Source: Lama guanicoe
Lineage: Eukaryota
Reading direction: 5' to 3'
DNA: 64,000 bases
NCBI GenBank assembly: GCA_013239625.1
Contig: MU053472.1
Span: forward strand, 1,691,236-1,755,235
The first letter of the stretch is position 1. Each line of letters opens with the position of its first letter. Under the pieces are notes generated by a model. That model did not search any database, was not told the DNA's origin, and was given only the letters and a program-made list of their open reading frames with translations. Shown piece by piece: positions 50,898 to 64,000 of this stretch. Made by a program: the position numbers and the translations under genes.

Positions 50898-53444
50898 TAA
50901 GTTTGGTGTTTTTCATGTGTATTTTTACACATAGATCATTATGTGTCCCCAGACGAAATTCCTGTCTAAGCTAGTTCTCTCATTTTACTAATTTCTGGTA
51001 CAATTGTTCACACATCTCTCATCTTGTCCTTAATTTTTTTTAGAAAATTAAATGTAGGAAGATGCAAGTTCCTTCCTCTATATTCAAAATCTGCATATTG
51101 TTGTCCCTTTAAAACAACAACAGTAAAGACATCTCCTTTTTGTTCCTGAGACACTCTGCAGATACCCATATTAGCATGTGTTCTCCCACTGAATTCTTTA
51201 GAGTCATGTGGTGTTTCTGTCTTACTATGTTATGGACTCATGAGAAGTCCCCTGGGCTTATTCCTCCAGGAGTAGAACAGGGCCTCGTACCAATAAGGCT
51301 CAAAGAGGGTGGAGTGAAAGAGAGAATGTTGAATGAAGCCTTTCCTTGGTTCTTACAGTATCTCATCTTTTGAGTGTTTTCTTTTCAGCCGCAAAGTCCT
51401 TGAGTCTGTGCTCTGTGTCCATTATCTGTGAATGTTCCCTTCACTTGCCCCTTTCCCTCTGACTGTCTCACTATCTTCAGTAGTGAAACTGCCCTTTTGA
51501 AGATGCCCAGAGTCAGCGGTTTTCTCTCTGAGTTTGCCTTTCTGAACCTTGTCTTTGTTGAGCATTTAATTAACAGGTTTATTCTTTCATAAAAGCTCTT
51601 TTGATAAATTGCCTGCCACATAGTAAAATGTTAGGACTGACACTGCCCCTCCTCTTAAGAACACAAAATCTACCCAGCTTGCTTAACTTTTTCAGGTGGG
51701 CTGGGTTTTAGAGGCACATCAGGAACGCAGCACCAGGAACAGAAGCTCAGAAACTCTAGGGTGTTGAAGACAATACAGTAGCAGGCTGAGAGGGATGGGT
51801 ATGAGGTACCTTGTATGCTACCCTGGGGTGGTACTTTATCCTGGTGAGCCAGCCAAGGGCTTTAAGTCATGGATAACTACACCACAAGATGTGGAGCTTC
51901 TCAGTGATTCTAGACAGCTCATCCTACCAATGAATTTCAGTGCACAATCTGTAGTCTTCCCGTGCTGGAGAGTTTAGGCACCTAAGTTCCTACTCGTCTG
52001 CCTCAATTGAATTGTTCCTGAAACCGAGATCACTTTGTATTCAAACTGCTGTGTGTTCCAGTTCTGTCCTCTGGTTAGAGATGTCTCACTGTGGCTTGCC
52101 TGGGTGGCGTCCCTCTACACCTCTGCCCTTCATGTTGCCCTTCATCCTCGGAGTATTTCTCCTCCCCAGCACTTACCCATCTTTTACCCGTCTTTCAAAG
52201 CCTAGTTCATGTCCCATCTGCTCCATGATCTCTTTTCCGAATAATTGATCCCATGTGTACTTATCTTTAGTACTAGGCAATTAGCACTTAATTAGTCCTG
52301 TTTCATGCATTCTAGACTGTAAGCTTTGTGACAACGAAGAATGCAGTCCGCACAGCATGTAATCGTAAGCTAAGGCACTCAACAAATATTTGACTGCTAG
52401 TTTTGAAATGTGTGTGTTAAACACAGTCCTTGAATTTCATTAGCTTGTGACATATTTCATGTCGCGGTCTCATTTCAAATCTAAAATAATATTACTGTAG
52501 TTGTCAAATGGTGAATCTTGCAACTGTTTACATTTATATTGGCCTTAAGGGTATCATAATAAATCACTTTGAATGACTTAACCCTAGAGTCATTTTTCTG
52601 TTATTCTCTCACAAATATAAAGTATTGTAATTGGATTCCGCTCTTCATTTTGCCTATAAACTTTGTGTTGTGCGAGTGTAGATATTATTGTATAATTTAT
52701 TAACAGCCTAAAGAATCTTGTGCATATTTCTGAATGCTGTTATTTTATTATCCCTTCCATAGGTGTGGGTGTCTTCAATTAATTTTAATGTGGAATCTGA
52801 TTTAGAAATCGGGGGTATAGAGAGAAATATTTATTTTGTTTGTATGCATTTCTTATCTTTTTTTTCTTGTTTTGCTAAAAAGATGTTTTTAATTGTTTAA
52901 CTTGATAATTCCATAGATTTTTGTCCAAGAAAGATGTCACAATTGGTTAAGCCATTATCCCAATTCTGAAGACACCTTCATCTTGTAATGATTTTTTTAA
53001 AGGGAGCTTCTTACTTTCCCCTACCTCTGAAGCTATCATTAGATATGCTGTGGTGGTTCTCCCTCTATAGTGAATCCATGCCATTTTGAGAGTGAATGTC
53101 TTTTAGTATATCTTTTAGAAATAAGATTTTAATTAAGACCTTGAGGGGGTATTCTTTTGTTTTCTACATAAATTTGTCTTAATTCAAATTAGTAAAAAGA
53201 ATTATGTGTGTTTGTTTATTGTCAGTATTATGTATACAATACCATATTTATTGCTAACCTAATAACTGGGGCAGGTACTTTTTATAAATAGAGAAGACTA
53301 ATGATTTGAAAATAACATTGGCTCAATAAAGTATTTTGTGTATGGAAGAGTTGTTGAATTATAAACATTAGACTCTTTTTATAGCATTGAAAATGTGATA
53401 AATTTTTATAAAGTTTCTATGTAAGTACATGAATTACTTAGAAT

Positions 53445-55800
53445 CACTATAAAAACACAGTAAACAACAACAAAAAAAAGGGATGTTGGTTAAAAGACAC
53501 ATGAATCAGTGGAACAGAATCCAGGAATAGACCCACACATATATGGTCAATTGATTTTTGACATTGATGGGAAGGCAATTCAGTGGAGAAAGGATCATCT
53601 TTTAAATAAATGATGATGAAGCAAGTGGACATCTATTTTTAAAGCAATGAAGACAATAAACTTCAACTCATATCTCACTCCATATACAAAAATTAACTAA
53701 AAATTAATCACACTCTGCTCTTGCCACTTCTGATCAGTATTGTACTGGAATTGGTAACCAAGGCTATTAGGCAATAAAAGAAATAGAAGTTCACCTGGAT
53801 TGGAAAGGAAGAAGTAAAACTCTCTTCTTTGTGGATAACGTGATTGTGTACCTAGAAAATCCCAAGGAATCCACAAGAAACTATTAGAGCTAAGATATGA
53901 GTTCAGAAAGGATGTAGGATACAAGATCAATGTATAGTCTAGTGACAAGGGACTTATCCTGAGAATATAATTAACTCTTACAACTGAACAACAACAAAAA
54001 AGACAACTCAATTTTGGGCCAAAATTTTGGATACACATTTCTCCAGAGAAGGTACACAAATTACTAAAATGCACATGAGAAAGATGTTTAACATCATTAG
54101 TCATGAGAGAAATGCAAATCAAAATTGTGATGAGATAACTCATCACACCCACTACAATTGATAAAGTATAAACGATCAGCAATAACAAATGTTGCTAAGG
54201 ATATGGAGAATTTAGAGCCCTCAATACATTGGTGCAGCCACAGTTTGGAAGTTCCTCAAAAGGTTAAAAATAGACCCAGCAATTCCACTCCTAGGTGTAC
54301 ATACCCCAAAAGATTGAAAATACTAGTCCTTGTAACACTTGTGGACTAATGTTCAGAGAAGCATTATTCATAGTAGTCTGAAAGTTAAAACAACCCAAGT
54401 ATTCATCAGCTGATGAATGGATAAATAAAATGTGTTATATTCATACAACAGAATATTATTCAGCTATGAAAAGGAATGAACTATTGCTACATGGCATAAC
54501 ATGGATGAAACTTGAAAACATAATAAGTGAAAGAAGCAGTCACAAAAGGCCACATTGTGTGATCCCACTCATATGAAATATCCAGAATAGGCAAATCCGT
54601 AGAAACAGAAGGGATCTCTGGTTGTCAAAGACTGATGGGTAGGGCAAAGGAAGAATGACTGCTCATGGGCAGGGCTTTCTTTTGGGGTGATGAAAATAGT
54701 CTGAAATTAGATAGCGATCACAGTTGTACTGCTCTTTAGAATATACTAAACACCACAGAATTATATACTTTAATAGGGTGAATTTCATGGTATATGAATT
54801 ATATCTTGCAAAAATGTGAAGTCAATTTTTAAAATGGGCCAAAGCTTTGAACAGGCACTTTACCAAAGAAGATATATGGGTAGTAAATAAGTACATGAAC
54901 AACAAGGTAAACATTTTTGACCATTAGAGACATCCAAATAGAAGCCAGTATAGCTAAAATTAAAAAAAAAAGGAAAGAAACAAAATTCGGGTGAAGATGT
55001 GGAAGAACCGGAATGATCATACTTTGCTCGTGGGAATGTGAAATGAATCAGCCACTCTGTCAAACTAGTTGGCATTTTCTCTGCTTAATTTTTTTCCCCG
55101 AGTTTTAATAGGTAGAATTGTTACAGTTTGACTGCAGGTATACAATATATTGCATGTGAATATATATATACACAATATACTGCACATTTTTTTAGTTTAC
55201 ACGTACGTACTGATCATTGTTTCTAAGAACAGATTAGAGCTTTAGCTTTTTAAACTTACATAGTTATCAAAGGAATAATGCCAACTGCAAAATAAGAATC
55301 AACAGAATACAGTGATCCATTCACAAAGGACAGTCAAATGTGCTTACATGTATTCAAGAAATCAGTCATCTGAGTTATAAATAATTAGTAGTTCATTTGT
55401 ATCCTTTGTTTAAGATTCCCCATTTTCTCAACTTTAAACGTACCATTATTATGTCCATGCAAACATTCATTTACTATGATCATCAATTCCATTCCTAGTT
55501 TATCTATTTTAAAATAGCAGCTTTATTCACGATAACCCAGAGCTGGAAACAACCCAGATGTCGTTTTGCCAATGATGGGGTAAACAAACTTCCTTCTATA
55601 CAATGGGGTCATACTCAGAAGTAAGAAAGAAAGAGTTGATGCATGCAGGAAAATGTAGAGTGGTCGAATCTCAGATGCTTACTGGCAAGTGAAAGAAGCA
55701 AGATTCAATGAGCTACACACGGCATGATTTCATTTATAAGAGATTCTAGAAAGTACACACCTGTGGAGGGGGAGAAAAGCTAAGTGCACAAGCGGAGTTT
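53445..55800 (+). mobile_element. Nested old L1s: L1MB-like copy (about 53715-54810; RT fragment joined to the ORF2 C-terminus and 3'UTR) within L1ME-like remnants
   Basis: RT motif ggaaaggaagaagtaaaactctc...gattgtgtacctagaaaatccc jumps to gtgacaagggacttatcc; canonical 3'UTR to about 54810; older fragments on both sides. Confidence 0.8.
55089..55420 (-). pseudogene. Probable 5'-truncated processed retrocopy of an mRNA 3'UTR (parent gene not identified)
   Basis: Non-L1 unique sequence interrupting an L1ME relic. The minus strand ends ATTAAA-actcgggg-A7. Flanked by cattttctc at 55073 and 55421. Confidence 0.6.
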
Positions 55801-56314
55801 GGTTTACCGGTGAGATGAGAATAATCGCTCTCACTGCAGATCAGATTTTATTTCACAGAATTTGTCTTACGTGGTTGTCACTGAGCCATAATGACTAACT
55901 TTTATTTTTGATATTAATGCTCACCATAAAATAAAGGGGAATGTATTGAGTTGTGCCTTTTAATTTTATGGTGGGGAGTGGTATCTTCTGGGAGGCAGGC
56001 AGTGTTTTTGACTGTGACTTTGGTCAGTCTCATCCTGTGTCTCTATGGATACACATCCTTATGACTCATGTTTCTTCTGCTCTCTGAGCACAGTGTTGCC
56101 AGGGCTGGAATATTCTCCCCCACTTACTCTCAGACTTGTTTAGGGAATCGTTCCGTGCTTCTTGTAGGCTAATTTAGATCTTTCCATTTTGTTTTCTCTG
56201 ACTATCCTATATTTCTTCATAACACCATAAAATCATAATTAAATTTTATACTAATTATTTGTATAACCATTTAACATCTATCCAGTTCTGTACCTTTCAG
56301 TCCTCCATCCTTAA

Positions 56315-56683
<369 letters not shown>

Positions 56684-59600
56684 TAAGGCCTCAGGCTTGA
56701 TGTCTTTTTAGTAGCAGCTTTAGAGTGTTGAATATGTAAAAAATAAAGTGTACTTTTTCTTTGAGTGGTTTTGATTATGTTCTTCATTTCCAGCCCACAT
56801 GAGACTTAATGGCAGCAGATTAAGTACAAAGTGGAGAACATGCGCAATCATATTCATACACAACCATGTACACGCACATTCAGAGAGAGAGAAAAAAAAA
56901 CAAAGCAGTGACAAGTTGTGAAAACTAGTACTGACTAATAAAAACCAGAGCCATCTACTCAGTCTTATAGTTGTTGCCTTGTGGCTTTGTCTGAGAGTAG
57001 TACACTTTCATTTTCTTGCTTTTGTGGACATTATCTGGATATATAATGGCCCCCAAACTTTGACGGACAGAAATACTAAGGAGAGAACTTTATATGACAG
57101 CCATGTTTCTAATATAGTTAAAAAAAATCAACTGTATCGAGGTACAGTTTACATACATATACTAGTCTATCATTATTCTATCATCATTAGTGTCAGGGCA
57201 ATGTGATGTTGTGGATGGTTTTCAAAAGCCAGGGTCCCAGGCGTTACTTAGATTGGTCACAATAATATCCTTAAAGACTTGATAAAGCACTTGATATCTT
57301 TGTGCTTATTTTAGGTTATTTAAAATTTTTTAAAAATTCTTACCTATTAGGATTATAAAATTATCACTTCTTTGGGTTCTGGCAAATAAAGTGCTGTGTC
57401 TAAGATATCATTAGATGTTCAATTGTATAGCAACTCTGAAACTCCCATTTTGTACCAAAAAATATTTATGTCTATAGGCTAATTACCTGTTTCCATCAAT
57501 CAGCAATCCTGAGGTTTAACCTAATTTGAGATGGAACAGCTATCTTAAAATTCTGTATTCAGGTAGTCAGGAGAAAATTCCACCTTGGCTTCAAATAGTC
57601 TTCTCAGTCTTTCCAACGAAAGGAATAGATTAAGTTATTTGGCTGCTGTATCAATATGTTTTAATATTGTTGTGCTAGGTGGTAAATTGTTTACAGAAGT
57701 CTCTTTTCTAAGAAGAAATACACATTCTCAGGAACCAGGCCCTTGAGCTCCAGATTTTACTGTAACACAAAAAATGACCCTCTACCTAGTGGAATGGTGT
57801 TTGCATATAGAGTGATTCTATTGCTGAAAGCAGAAATTGAGTTTGTGGTATATCAATGACAAAAAAAGGGCAAAATACAGCAAACCTAGATCCCAAATCA
57901 CACATTTTATGAGATCATTCGGCCTGTATTGAAAGAAAAAATGATTTCAGTTTTTTAACTCTTTATGTTCAGTAGTAGTGTAGTTTAGACTTTTTATTTT
58001 CCTTCCTTTTCATTTTTTTTAATTTAAAATAAAGTAAATAAGAGTGGCTATGAATAGTAAAGGTATTATGAACTTATATTTACAGGTAACTCATTTTTTT
58101 TCTTTGTATAATGTATACAAAGTATTTCTGCATTTTTATCTGTTTCTCCTGAATCTAAGTGAAAGACTGCTCAAAAATTTTCCTATTGATTTTCATTTTA
58201 TTTCTAAGTTAGAATTTATTTCAAAAATATTTGTGGAGAGGAGTTGAAAGTGAGTTTCCTTTTGTATGTATTTGAAATTTTCCGTAATAAAAACATACGA
58301 TCTCTCACACACCCTTTCACTCTCTCCCTTGCTACTCTCTTTCTCTCTGCCCTTTGATGGGTAGAAACTATTAATCATCTGGTGTCTTCCTGTGCTGTCA
58401 TACTTTATGATCTTGGATACATTCTGTGCTTCCTTTTCCTTTTAGAAACTTAGTCACGGTTCCTAGATTTGTAGAGTATGTATATTCTAGACAATTTAAT
58501 AATTAATGAATTAAGTGATATGAATTTGAATTGTGTTTTGAAATTAATATTAGTTCAAGATACATATACCATATTGTTGACTAGGCTTCTCATCTCAGTT
58601 CTCAAACTACTTTATTTTTGCCAAGTCTTTGAATTCTTTTTAATATGTCCTGTATTGAAATGTTTCAAGAGAATGATTAATATTTGTCCCACAATACGTA
58701 ATTTAAAACCTTTTGATACAGATTCAGACTGTATATAAGTTATAAGGTTATAAAACCAGTGAAAGGAATGCCTGTATACCCAGATTTCCCAGATGTTAAT
58801 GGATTAATGCATTTGCTTCATCATTTATCTTCTTTTACTCTCTGTGTGCACAGGCGAGCACACGCACACGCACACCCACCATAAACTCATTAGTTTTTTG
58901 TTTGGTATATACTGTAGTTGTTGTCTGTAATGAAATCCCTACTTGTGGCAGAGCTTCAGTGCATCATAAATTACCCCACCCACTCTTCTTTTTTTCCCCT
59001 CCCCTTGTGCTATTCTTTTTTTCCCTTCCTGTTAATATAGATTATGGTGACCTATAAACACTTTGATGGTAGTATTCATAACTTAGACTTGCCTATTGGT
59101 AGATTAAAAGACTTGGTACCCTTAAGCCATTTTCTGAAGGGTTTGTTGGTTATATTCAGAAATTGTTATTGTGACTTTCCTTACAATTCTTAGAGTATTA
59201 CTGTAAGTCACCCAAACATTTAATGGTCATAGAATTTTCAGATTGTAGTTTGTGGTCTTATTATCTTAAAACTTAGCATTTCATTGAAATACTTACCAAA
59301 AGTAGTATTTGTTTTGCGAGAACAAAATATATTTCCCGAATTTCCATTTTTCAAATATGCTGAGATTAGAAACACATTCTAGACATTTTATATCACTAGG
59401 TTTCATCCCATTGGATATTAAGTTATATTTATTTCATTTTTATTTTTAGAGATTTTACTGTGACCAGATCTCAAGCTGCAGTTAGCTCATTTGCATCATT
59501 TCCAGCAATTTTTATTATATTTACTGAGAATTTCGATTGCTACATTAAGGTCACCAGAGTGATGCACAAACAGGCTTTTAATTTTCCAGATTTCTTTTCA

Positions 59601-62600
59601 TTGTGGAAATCCTAACTTACTCTAACTTTGCTTCGATCACATAGCTTTCCTAGGTTTTTAATAATAAAATTAACAGAAATACTGGACATGGATTATGTAG
59701 AGAGAGAACATGGAGCTGACTCATTTATAGACATATGAGTAATGCCTGGTAATATTCTAGTAAAATTATATACTTACTTAGGTTGGATCAATATTTATTT
59801 ATTCCATGTCTTAGATGTTTGGCATAAGGGCATCAAATAAGCATTAAAAAATTACATTTCTAGCACAGAGATTTCTAAGGATTGCCTGGGATCCTATATT
59901 TAAATAACCAAATTTAGATGGAAGCCTCAACTCAAACCTTCAGGGGATAGACGTGTGCTTAGCATGTTTCACATCTGCCCTCTTATTTTTGGAAATACAT
60001 ATCCCTGAAAGCTTGTGCAGTGTAGGACCATCTGTCTTACTCGAAGACATTCGCGGGGCCAGTAGACCTACAAATGGCAAAAGACAGATGTATTTACACC
60101 TCCATGTTCTGTACCTTGAAGCAGCACTTGGAGGAAATAAGGCCTGTTTTGGCAACAGCTGTTGCTTAACTCTACTGTGGTGTAGGAAGGTAGAGGAGTG
60201 CTGGCCGTCATTTGGTTTAACAGTCACTCATTCAAAGAAAACCCATTTTTTTCCAGTCTAAAGACTGGAGGGTTGGAAAGACCTCCGTCCTGTCTTTATC
60301 ATGTGTAAATAAGAGTAGTCCTCATCTGTTAAAAGTGAAACTGGGTACCGATGGATTGCTCCTTGTTTTGGAGTGTAGTTTTGGTAGTAGGGATTTATTA
60401 AGCAACATTTCGTGGATGTTTGGTGGCATTAATGAATTAAGTAAGTGACAAAGGTTTTTTTTTTTAAATGCTTCTTATGTAAAAGTAGTAAAAAAAGATA
60501 ATTTGTCATCAGTAAGCTTAATTTTATGTATATTGACTCTAACATTACTACTATATGCATATTTTGTAGGTACAAAGTACATTTCAAAACATTGTCAGAG
60601 TAATTTCACAGAAATAAAAAAATACAGAAATTGGGAATGAAGTTACTTCCTTATTCTTAACTAGCTGACCGTTTTTAGTAAATACGATATGATTTGTCAT
60701 CTTTTATAGATTTCCTTTTTCTTAAATGGAGTAGCTTCCTGTTTCCCCCTACTCCTACCCCCTCATGTTTAGTCATTTCTTTGTGAGCAATTTGAGGTAG
60801 ATATTAGGAACCTTTGGCCTGACCCTGTAGAAATAGATTAGGTAATGCAGTGAAAGAATCTTGACTTAGGAATCTGAAGCTCTGGCTTCTCTCATCTTGG
60901 CTCTGCCATTACCACTGTGCCCTAGGTAAATTTCTGCATATGAAAAATTAAAGTTTGTATGTATGAGTTATAATCTTTCAGCCTTGCAGCGTATGAGTTC
61001 CCACCAGATGTTAAATCCCATTACCTAATTTCAAAGCCTCATTCATTGGTGAGCCCTAGGCCAGTGTGGAGCAAGAGCTCCATTTACAAAATCTAGATGA
61101 TTGTTCTGTTAGAACTGAAAGCATTTAATAGCATTTACTCGAAGATCTCTGGTTGAAATTTGTCGCCCAGATCTGCCATCAGAGCTTGTTAAGTAAATGA
61201 ATGACATTGGCATAGAGTCCTCGAGGAAGGTCTATTCCTTCTTCTAATTCAGTTAAGTCTGCCTTGGCTTATTGAGACACTTTGACCTGAGCCCCACACC
61301 CTAGAGGTAAAGGTCTCAGAGTTAAGTGGGAAAGATCTGGAGAAAGATTCACTGGATACAGTAGCAGATGGTACTTCTCTACCTCCTAGCCCTGTCTTGT
61401 CTGTGTGTTATTTCTTGATACTAACCTCTAAATGTTTGATTCCAGCTGTAAAATAATGGATAATGTATTTTCATTAGAATGGATATGGATATGCCTACAT
61501 GTGTAACTTACTTCCTAGTTTCCAATTTTTGTGTTAAATCAGTAGAGTACTTAAACCGTTCCATAGTTTCTTCCCTTTTACCATAAATGTGTGGACTTGG
61601 CAAGGCGGGGAGGGCGGGAATTAAGTCTTCTATATACTGTGTTATAAGTTAGGAAGCATTACTTTCTGTAAAATGTTGACAATCTGTGTAAGCTATTCTA
61701 GTCTCTTTTCTGCCGTGTCTGGCAGAATTTGAACATTAATGCTTTTCTAGTGAAAATCTTGAGCTTGTCATTTAAATTTGCATGTTGAATGTGTCTCAGA
61801 TTAGACAATTACAACCTGTATGTTTCAGCTTGAATTTGCCTAACAGATCAATAATTTGAGGGCCAGTAGTGCCATTTGTCTCTTTAGTAGGGAGTGGTTA
61901 AAAATTAAATTAATGAAAAATTTAAAGTAACTCTTGAAAATGTTACGAAGACTAATTTGCTCATGTGCATGTGGGAAATGTGAGTCCATCTCTGCTGCTG
62001 CTTAAAGGGGGCATATAGAGTGTAGCAGCGTCATTAGAGCGGCTGGAATATATGGTTAGAGAATGCAGCTTTCCTTTCCAGTTTGACACATATAGCCCTT
62101 ACTCTGTTCAGTACATTTAATATTTGTATGATGCTGATGTCTGTTAAGTGATAGTGCCTGAATTCTCATAGGACAGAAACAACTGGAGAATAGGACCTTC
62201 AGAGTATGTTTATAGGACTTTTGTCTCAGACTCCAACTATTTCTTTAACTCTGGATGGTGAAATTTAATCATTATTAATGCCTTTCATCGCTTAAGTCAG
62301 CTTGTGTAGGATTTCAGCATGTTTGAATCAAATCTAGTTTTATTTTTTACTTATATTTTAAAAATCTTCAGATTTGCCTTATTTTTAAGTAGTTAGGCCA
62401 AACCTTTTGTGGTACTGCGTGGCCTTTAAAAAAAGGAGTCAGGATTTAAAGACTTATGTAGCTTTAATAGGATATGATATAAAAGACAATTCTTTCTATT
62501 ACCTAAGAATCTGTAGAAGAAACCCTTTGAGAACCAATGGTCAAGTCATTTCATGCTGGACTTGAAATAAGTCTGTAATGGGTTTTTCTGGATTTTTTGT

Positions 62601-64000
62601 CTCTTGGCCAGTCCTGATGCTTTTCCATCAGAATTAAGCTTAAAAAGGACAGTCATGACATAGTGCATAGGTTTCATATGGCAGATTGTTAAATCTGCTG
62701 CAACTTAATAGTGTTTGGAAAACTGCAGACATCCTTAATACCTGAACATGATCATCTGAGTTGCGTATGTTAATACAGACAGTTTTAATTCAGCATGTCC
62801 TCTCCCTCACACACTCCCCTCCCCCTCCTACCCACCCCCGTGTAAAACTCCAGCTGCGGGATTTTGGAGGGGAGGGGAGATTCATAGGTGAAGACAGCTG
62901 GATCGTGGACTTGTCCTTTGTGACTTTATATTTTCATTCTTTTGCTACCGAGGAAAGATGAAGCGGGCACATTTCAAAGGAACAGCTGACACTACCCATA
63001 TGAAGTCAGTAATTACGTCAGTCACTAACTCTTTGGAGTTTGTGGCTCTTCTTCGGCATGTCTGTGGCAGAGGTCCAGTTTGTGGGAGTGGGTAAGAAGT
63101 GGGTGAGTGTAGGTTGGGACCATGCCCAGTGTACGTACTAAAATGGATTCTCACCCTGTTCCCCCACCTTCTGTTTTCTCCTGGAGCCAGGTTAGCTTGG
63201 AGACCTCTTATTTGACCGAAGGTAGCTTTTACCTCACCCACCAGGTTATGCCGTGAACCGTGAGAACTGTAGGGTCTTTGAACTTGACAATGCTGCTGGT
63301 AGCTCAGGCCTGTTTACTCGTGTCTGGAGAGCTAACAGTGCATTTTGGGATGGTGGTGGGGCTGTCGGAATCTTGTTGGTAACATGCTGCTGCAACCTGG
63401 AAAGGAGAACCTAGGAGATTAAAAGGAACCCAAAACTTGTGTTTAATTTGCTTGGTTAATATGTTTCATTTTTATGCATAAGGGAACCTAAACTTGGAAA
63501 GAGGCATTTACTGGCTCTAAAGGTGGGAACATCAGCTGTCTTTTGAAATGTAGAAACTTCAAGGTTTTGTTTCATTTTGTTTGTTTTGTTTCATTTTGTT
63601 TGTTTTTGTTGGGTCAATAGAGAAGCCTTTTAAGTCATCAAAGACAAAGATAAAACTTCCAAATTCTTTGCAGTGAATCAGCTGTATCCTGATACTTGGG
63701 ATGAATGCGGAGGCTCAGCTTCCATACAATATACATTAACTTTTATCTCCTGCCCAGAACTCCCAGGGCACAGTGCCTCTGTCAGAGCCATTTGAAGTAT
63801 TTGGTGAATTCAGGTGTCTGCCCAAGGAAGAAAATGACAGGAAGTTGGGTAGTGGGTGCCAACAATAACCGCTTCATTCTTGAGGCATTTATGGGCATGT
63901 GGAAATGTATCAAACTTTCCATACATTTTCATTGATCATTTCTTCATGGCATCACTGTGCTATTGAGAGGTTGCAGTCTTCACATGATTTCAGTTATTCA

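Noticed and set aside
53697..54188. Longest ORF in the track (163 aa, minus strand)
   Set aside because: Antisense reading of a decayed L1 ORF2; low-complexity F/L/I/S composition and no splice context.

Overview
AT-rich mammalian genomic DNA, most likely a camelid, judging by tRNA-Ala-derived Vic-1-type SINEs and cetartiodactyl-type L1 ends. The whole window lies inside the BCAS3 gene (+ strand). Four internal coding exons (94, 134, 265 and 151 nt) have GT-AG boundaries and compatible phases and splice into one open frame of the WD40-like/BCAS3 region. The rest is intron, heavily filled with L1, L2, MIR, MaLR/ERVL and hAT relics, with repeat-poor, enhancer-like stretches at about 43.5-49.5 kb and 57-64 kb. 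Almost all short ORFs in the supplied track are spurious. I found no evidence for a new multi-gene system. The best second-look items are: (1) an in-frame 54-nt candidate cassette exon (39248-39301) in a YGCY-rich context; (2) a roughly 350-bp bipartite mini-L1 that joins the L1 5' terminus directly to the 3' terminus between target-site duplications (TSDs; 50548-50897); (3) a 13-nt candidate microexon (3059-3071) that acts as a poison exon in one context and supplies an in-frame ATG in another; (4) an L1 with a short 3' transduction and a perfect 17-bp TSD; (5) an unidentified mRNA 3'UTR retrocopy. Repeat family names are by-eye recognitions and their boundaries are approximate.
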